Below, piece by piece: positions 25,351-28,671 of a DNA stretch of 28,671 bases (the first letter of the stretch is position 1; the number at the start of each line of letters is the position of its first letter). Under the pieces are notes generated by a model. It was given only the letters and a program-made list of their open reading frames with translations, was not told where the DNA came from and made no database searches. The stretch lies in contig JAQGDQ010001702.1 in NCBI GenBank assembly GCA_030141605.1, positions 1 to 28,671 on the forward strand, given 5' to 3'. Source of the stretch: Tubiluchus corallicola (lineage: Eukaryota > Animalia > Priapulida). A program made the translations under genes and the position numbers.

Positions 25351-25772
25351 AACTATCGAGCCATTTTATGCATTGCGAAATGGCACATCTCAAGAGAGCG
25401 CACATCTACAATTCTACTAATCCTTAACAAAAGAATTCTCGATCTATACAGACTGTATCTTTAAAACGACTAATTATCCAATTCCAATCGTAAGGCGTTA
25501 GGCAAGCTCAAGGGAGAACAACACCCACGCCCACGCAGTTAACTAATTTCTTACATATTTGATGAGTTTCGCGCCTAAATCATTTATTTATTTTACGCAA
25601 CAGCAGGCCGGCAAGGACGAGTGTAATCCTCGTTGTGTGAAAGAGACTTTGCAATGGCACAGAAATGGAAACCTCTTTACAAGTTACAGCTGCATCAGCT
25701 CCATGTTTTTTGCACTAAAACTCTTCAAACAAGACTAATTTTCGACTAAAGTAAGGAGCTTTGATTAGTAAA

Positions 25773-26109
25773 AAGGTGAAGGTATGAATAGATATATTTC
25801 CGGAGAAGGTGAGGGTAGAAGGTGAGAGTGAAGGTGAGGGTGAAGGTGGGCTGGGAGGTGAGAGGTGGAGGTGAAGGTGAAGGGTGAGGTAGAAGGTGAA
25901 GGTAGAAGGTGAGAGGTGAATGTAGAAGGTGAAGGTGGGGTGGAAGGTGAGAGGTGGGGGTGAAGGTGAAGGGCGAGGTAGGTGATGGTGAAGGTAGAAG
26001 GTGGGAGGTTATGGTGATGGTGAAGGTGAGAGGTGAAGGTAGAAGGTGAAGGTGAGAAGGTGAAGGTGAGAAGGTGAAGGTGAGGGTATGAATATATATT
26101 TCTAGAGAA
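25773..26109. repeat. Purine-rich degenerate (GAAGGT)n tract
   Basis: Seen directly. It is bounded by near-direct repeats GGTATGAATA(GA)TATATTTC..GAGAA at ~25781 and ~26085. Confidence 0.9.
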
Positions 26110-26129
26110 ATAGAATTCATACAGCAAAT

Positions 26130-26350
26130 TTGATTGAGACAGAAGGTGCCTGTTGATGTTCTTCTTGAATGGAATGAGATTGTAGTTTTCAGGGGAACGA
26201 AGTGCTGGTAGACAATTCCATAGGTAAGAAGCCAGAGAGAAAAAAGTGGATCTATAAGCAGTTATTCTACGTCTGGAACGTCCAGGAACTGTCATTGCTT
26301 AGGAACTAATGAGGATATGCCGTTAGGACTTCTTCCATAAAAGTAACTGT
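26130..26350 (-). mobile_element. 3' fragment of a CR1/L2/Jockey-group LINE ORF2 (pseudogenised)
   Basis: The minus strand encodes FYGRSPNGISSLVP, then after a stop and frame change RITAYRSTFFSLASYLWNCLPALRSPENYNLIPFKKNINRHLL. This is the typical SFF...LWNSLP...YNL..FK..VNR LINE C-terminus. Confidence 0.8.
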
Positions 26351-26844
26351 TAAAGGGGCCTAAAGTAACAGTTGGTCAAATGCTAAGAGCTATTCTACAG
26401 CTTATTCGAAAAAAAATCAATGAAAATTTGACCCATTGCTTCAAATGATTAAAATTCAATAGCTTTTGGGTCATATTAGCAACCAAAGTTAAGCAACGTG
26501 AAGGCTGTCCAGCGTATGGAGGGGTGACTGATGGATTCACACACTGGGCAGTTTCGCTGCCATACTGTTCATAGGCATTCACCTCTTTGAGGGAGAGAGA
26601 CATGTATGGTTAGGATGCCTTTGCCGGTTTAGTACGTCATTTTTAGAGGATTTGGGGAGCTAGATTTCGGTCCCGCCGCAGCATCCGGAATACAGAATTG
26701 TATATAAAAAACGTTCCACGCAACTATACCACGTTACAATCAACGCAATTACTGAAAAGACCTTCAAATGCTGAGAAATTATCCCAATTCAAGTGACGAA
26801 TTACCATGGCAACTAGCAACTGATTCGCTTTTTGCGCTTTTTAC

Positions 26845-26962
26845 CTGAAATACGTCAGATTCTTCATCTTCCCTTTCGCAGCATCTCTCCCACTCCACGG
26901 AGTCAATGAAATGCGAGCGAGAGACGAAGTGTATGAGATGCCCCTTTAACGTGACTTTCATA
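26845..26962 (-). CDS. BVES: Popeye-domain protein exon containing the cAMP phosphate-binding cassette
   Basis: Acceptor ggttttag| at 26963 and donor CAG|gtaaaa at 26844 (phase 0). MKVTLKGHLIHFVSRSHFIDSVEWERCCEREDEESDVFQ matches POPDC MKVSYRGHFLH.I....FIDSPE...FQ. Splicing to 21628 reconstitutes the FQVT motif. Confidence 0.92.
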
Positions 26963-27082
26963 CTAAAACCAATAAGCAGAGAAGCCATTAGCATGTAAGC
27001 AAGGTTTGAGATCAGGGGAAAAGTGAAAGGCAATGGCTTCATGCGCATGCAGGCAATGTGGTTATGTGGTAAACTTCCTGCT

Positions 27083-27277
27083 GTCGTCATCATCATCATC
27101 AGCATTATCATCGTCATCAGCAGCAGCAGCAACAGCAGCAGCAGCATTGTCATCATCATCGTCGTTATCATCAGTGGTCATCATCATCATTATCATCGTC
27201 ATCATCATCATCATCATCATCATCAACAGCAGCAGCAGCAGCAGCAGCATCATCAGCATTATCATCATTACCATCGT

Positions 27278-27309
<32 letters not shown>

Positions 27310-27600
27310 TTATCACCATCATCGTCGTTATCATCAGTGGTCATCATCATCATCATCATTGCCACTGCTGTTTTTGTTTGTTGTTATTGTTGCCGTTGTT
27401 GTTTATTAGTGGTAGTGGTGGTGGCGGCAGTAGTGGCAATGGCAGTGCTTTTGTTGCTGCTGCTTTTACTGTTATTACTGTCGTCGTCGTCGTTGTTGTT
27501 GTTGTTGTTGTTGTAGTTGTTGTCGACGATGCTGCTGCTGATGATGATGTTGTCGTCGTCGTTGTTGTCGTTATTGTTGCTGCAGCTGTTGTTGATGCTT
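27083..27600. repeat. Compound (CAT)n/(CAG)n, then (GTT)n/(GTC)n microsatellite
   Basis: Seen directly; it explains the poly-H/Q/S/I ORFs. Confidence 0.93.
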
Positions 27601-27896
27601 TTATTCTATGCGAATGCAGTTGATAATAACAATGCATTCATGCTAACTGTTATTTCCATATACTGACTCCAAATGGGGCAACACAAAAATACATTGTATT
27701 TAATTCAGACATTCAATGTAGGCATTACAATCAGTAATTTTGCTCAGCCAACTTATTCTAATACATTGTAAATATGATTAGAAATCCCCATATGAGTATT
27801 TCTACAAAATGGTTTGTTAATGCCCTTTCGTTCCTTGGAACATACTTAGGGAAGCGAGGCGAAGTTATGATCTTTACCTGGTATTTATTTTAAAAA

Positions 27897-28008
27897 TCAT
27901 ACGGCCATATCACGTTGAAAACACCGGTTCTCGTCTGATCACCGAAGTTAAGCAAGGTAGAGCCTGGTTAGTACTTGGATGGGTGACCGCCTAGGAATAC
28001 CAGGTGCT
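27897..28008 (+). pseudogene. 5S rRNA-derived sequence (SINE head or pseudogene)
   Basis: TACGGCCATATCACGTTGAAAACACCGGTTCTCGTCTGATCACCGAAGTTAAGC...GGTTAGTACTTGGATGGGTGACCGCCTAGGAATACCAGGTGCT is ~110 nt of metazoan 5S with boxes A and C. The 3' strand of helix I and the oligo-T terminator are missing. Confidence 0.9.
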
Positions 28009-28439
28009 ACATGCCCTCACTGTATCTCGACACTAGGCGAAGGAGCTGCGCAAGCAGCCAACGGTTAGAGGGTGGAAGAGGTTGAGTGACCCAACAGCCA
28101 TGTGTAGAGGAGTAAACCTTCCAAATCAGGAGTGGAGCCCCGAAGGCGGACCAGTGCAGCATGCTCACTGACTCCGGCAGCTCCTGCAGCCAACCTGATG
28201 CCAAACGTATCGCTCCGCATTCCTTTGGACTACACCATTGAGGAAGAGAGGGGGTTCCTGTTGTCTGGGCAACTCAGGATCTCCATTCACCTTGCCCAGG
28301 CGTGCGTCCTGGAGACGTTCAAGAATCGCACTACTCAGCCACAGTGGACGCTGCAGCTCCATCAATGTGATCAATAACTGACTCTCTTGGCGCACACTCC
28401 ATTGTCTTCCGAGACAGAAGGATGTCAACAACAACAACA
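27897..28439 (+). mobile_element. 5S-rRNA-headed SINE (SINE3) with an RTE-like body and (CAA)n tail
   Basis: The 5S head runs with no TTTT into a GC-rich ~420-bp body that I recall as resembling RTE UTR sequence (CCAAACGTATCGCTCCGCATTCCTTTGGA; GCGCACACTCCATTGTC...GAGACAGAAGGATG). It ends in CAACAACAACAAC. No TSD was found. Confidence 0.7.
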
Positions 28440-28671
28440 GATAAGAATTCCGGTCGTTTTACTATTTATATTCCAGAGACTGTAACGTGTCCAAGAAAGC
28501 AAGTAAGGGAGAATTTAGAATCTTATTCAGAATGTATGAAAATAATTTGACTTTGGCAAAGTTACTGTAATGATAACTCTGGGGAAATCTATCACAAAAA
28601 GTAACCCGCATTGAATGCAAATGTGTTTTTGCCTTGCAACACGTTCACACACTAAATTTATCAATCCCATT

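Noticed and set aside
27897-28010. Functional 5S rRNA gene
   Set aside because: The first bases and the 3' strand of helix I are missing, there is no oligo-T terminator, and it is a solitary copy joined to a retroposon-like body.

Overview
This is repeat-rich eukaryotic nuclear DNA from an invertebrate animal (the 5S-derived sequence looks lophotrochozoan, which is an inference). It is not prokaryotic, and nearly all long ORFs in the supplied track are microsatellite artefacts. Two spliced genes lie tail to tail. On the + strand are the last three coding exons of DCST1 (DC-STAMP domain protein 1, sneaky/SPE-42 family): 1642-1784, 3876-3989 and 4790-5050. On the - strand are the 3' exons of a Popeye-domain gene (BVES/POPDC): 26962-26845, 21628-21289 and probably 18822-18647. 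Their other exons lie outside the window. The rest holds microsatellites, four tandem arrays (45, 95, 53 and 37 bp units), a PIF/Harbinger MITE, an internally deleted RTE element with a 17-bp TSD, a LINE 3' fragment and a 5S-rRNA-headed SINE. The most interesting observations are: (1) a 37-bp satellite sitting between two inverted, degenerate Penelope-type hammerhead ribozyme motifs and built partly from their sequence; (2) an indel-free, in-frame 45-bp array that spans and reiterates the DCST1 stop codon; (3) a possible HDV-like ribozyme fold across the 5S/body junction of the SINE; (4) a tandem-duplicated hairpin whose 20-bp loop is inverted between copies. None of these is a demonstrated new system; they are hypotheses from manual reading.
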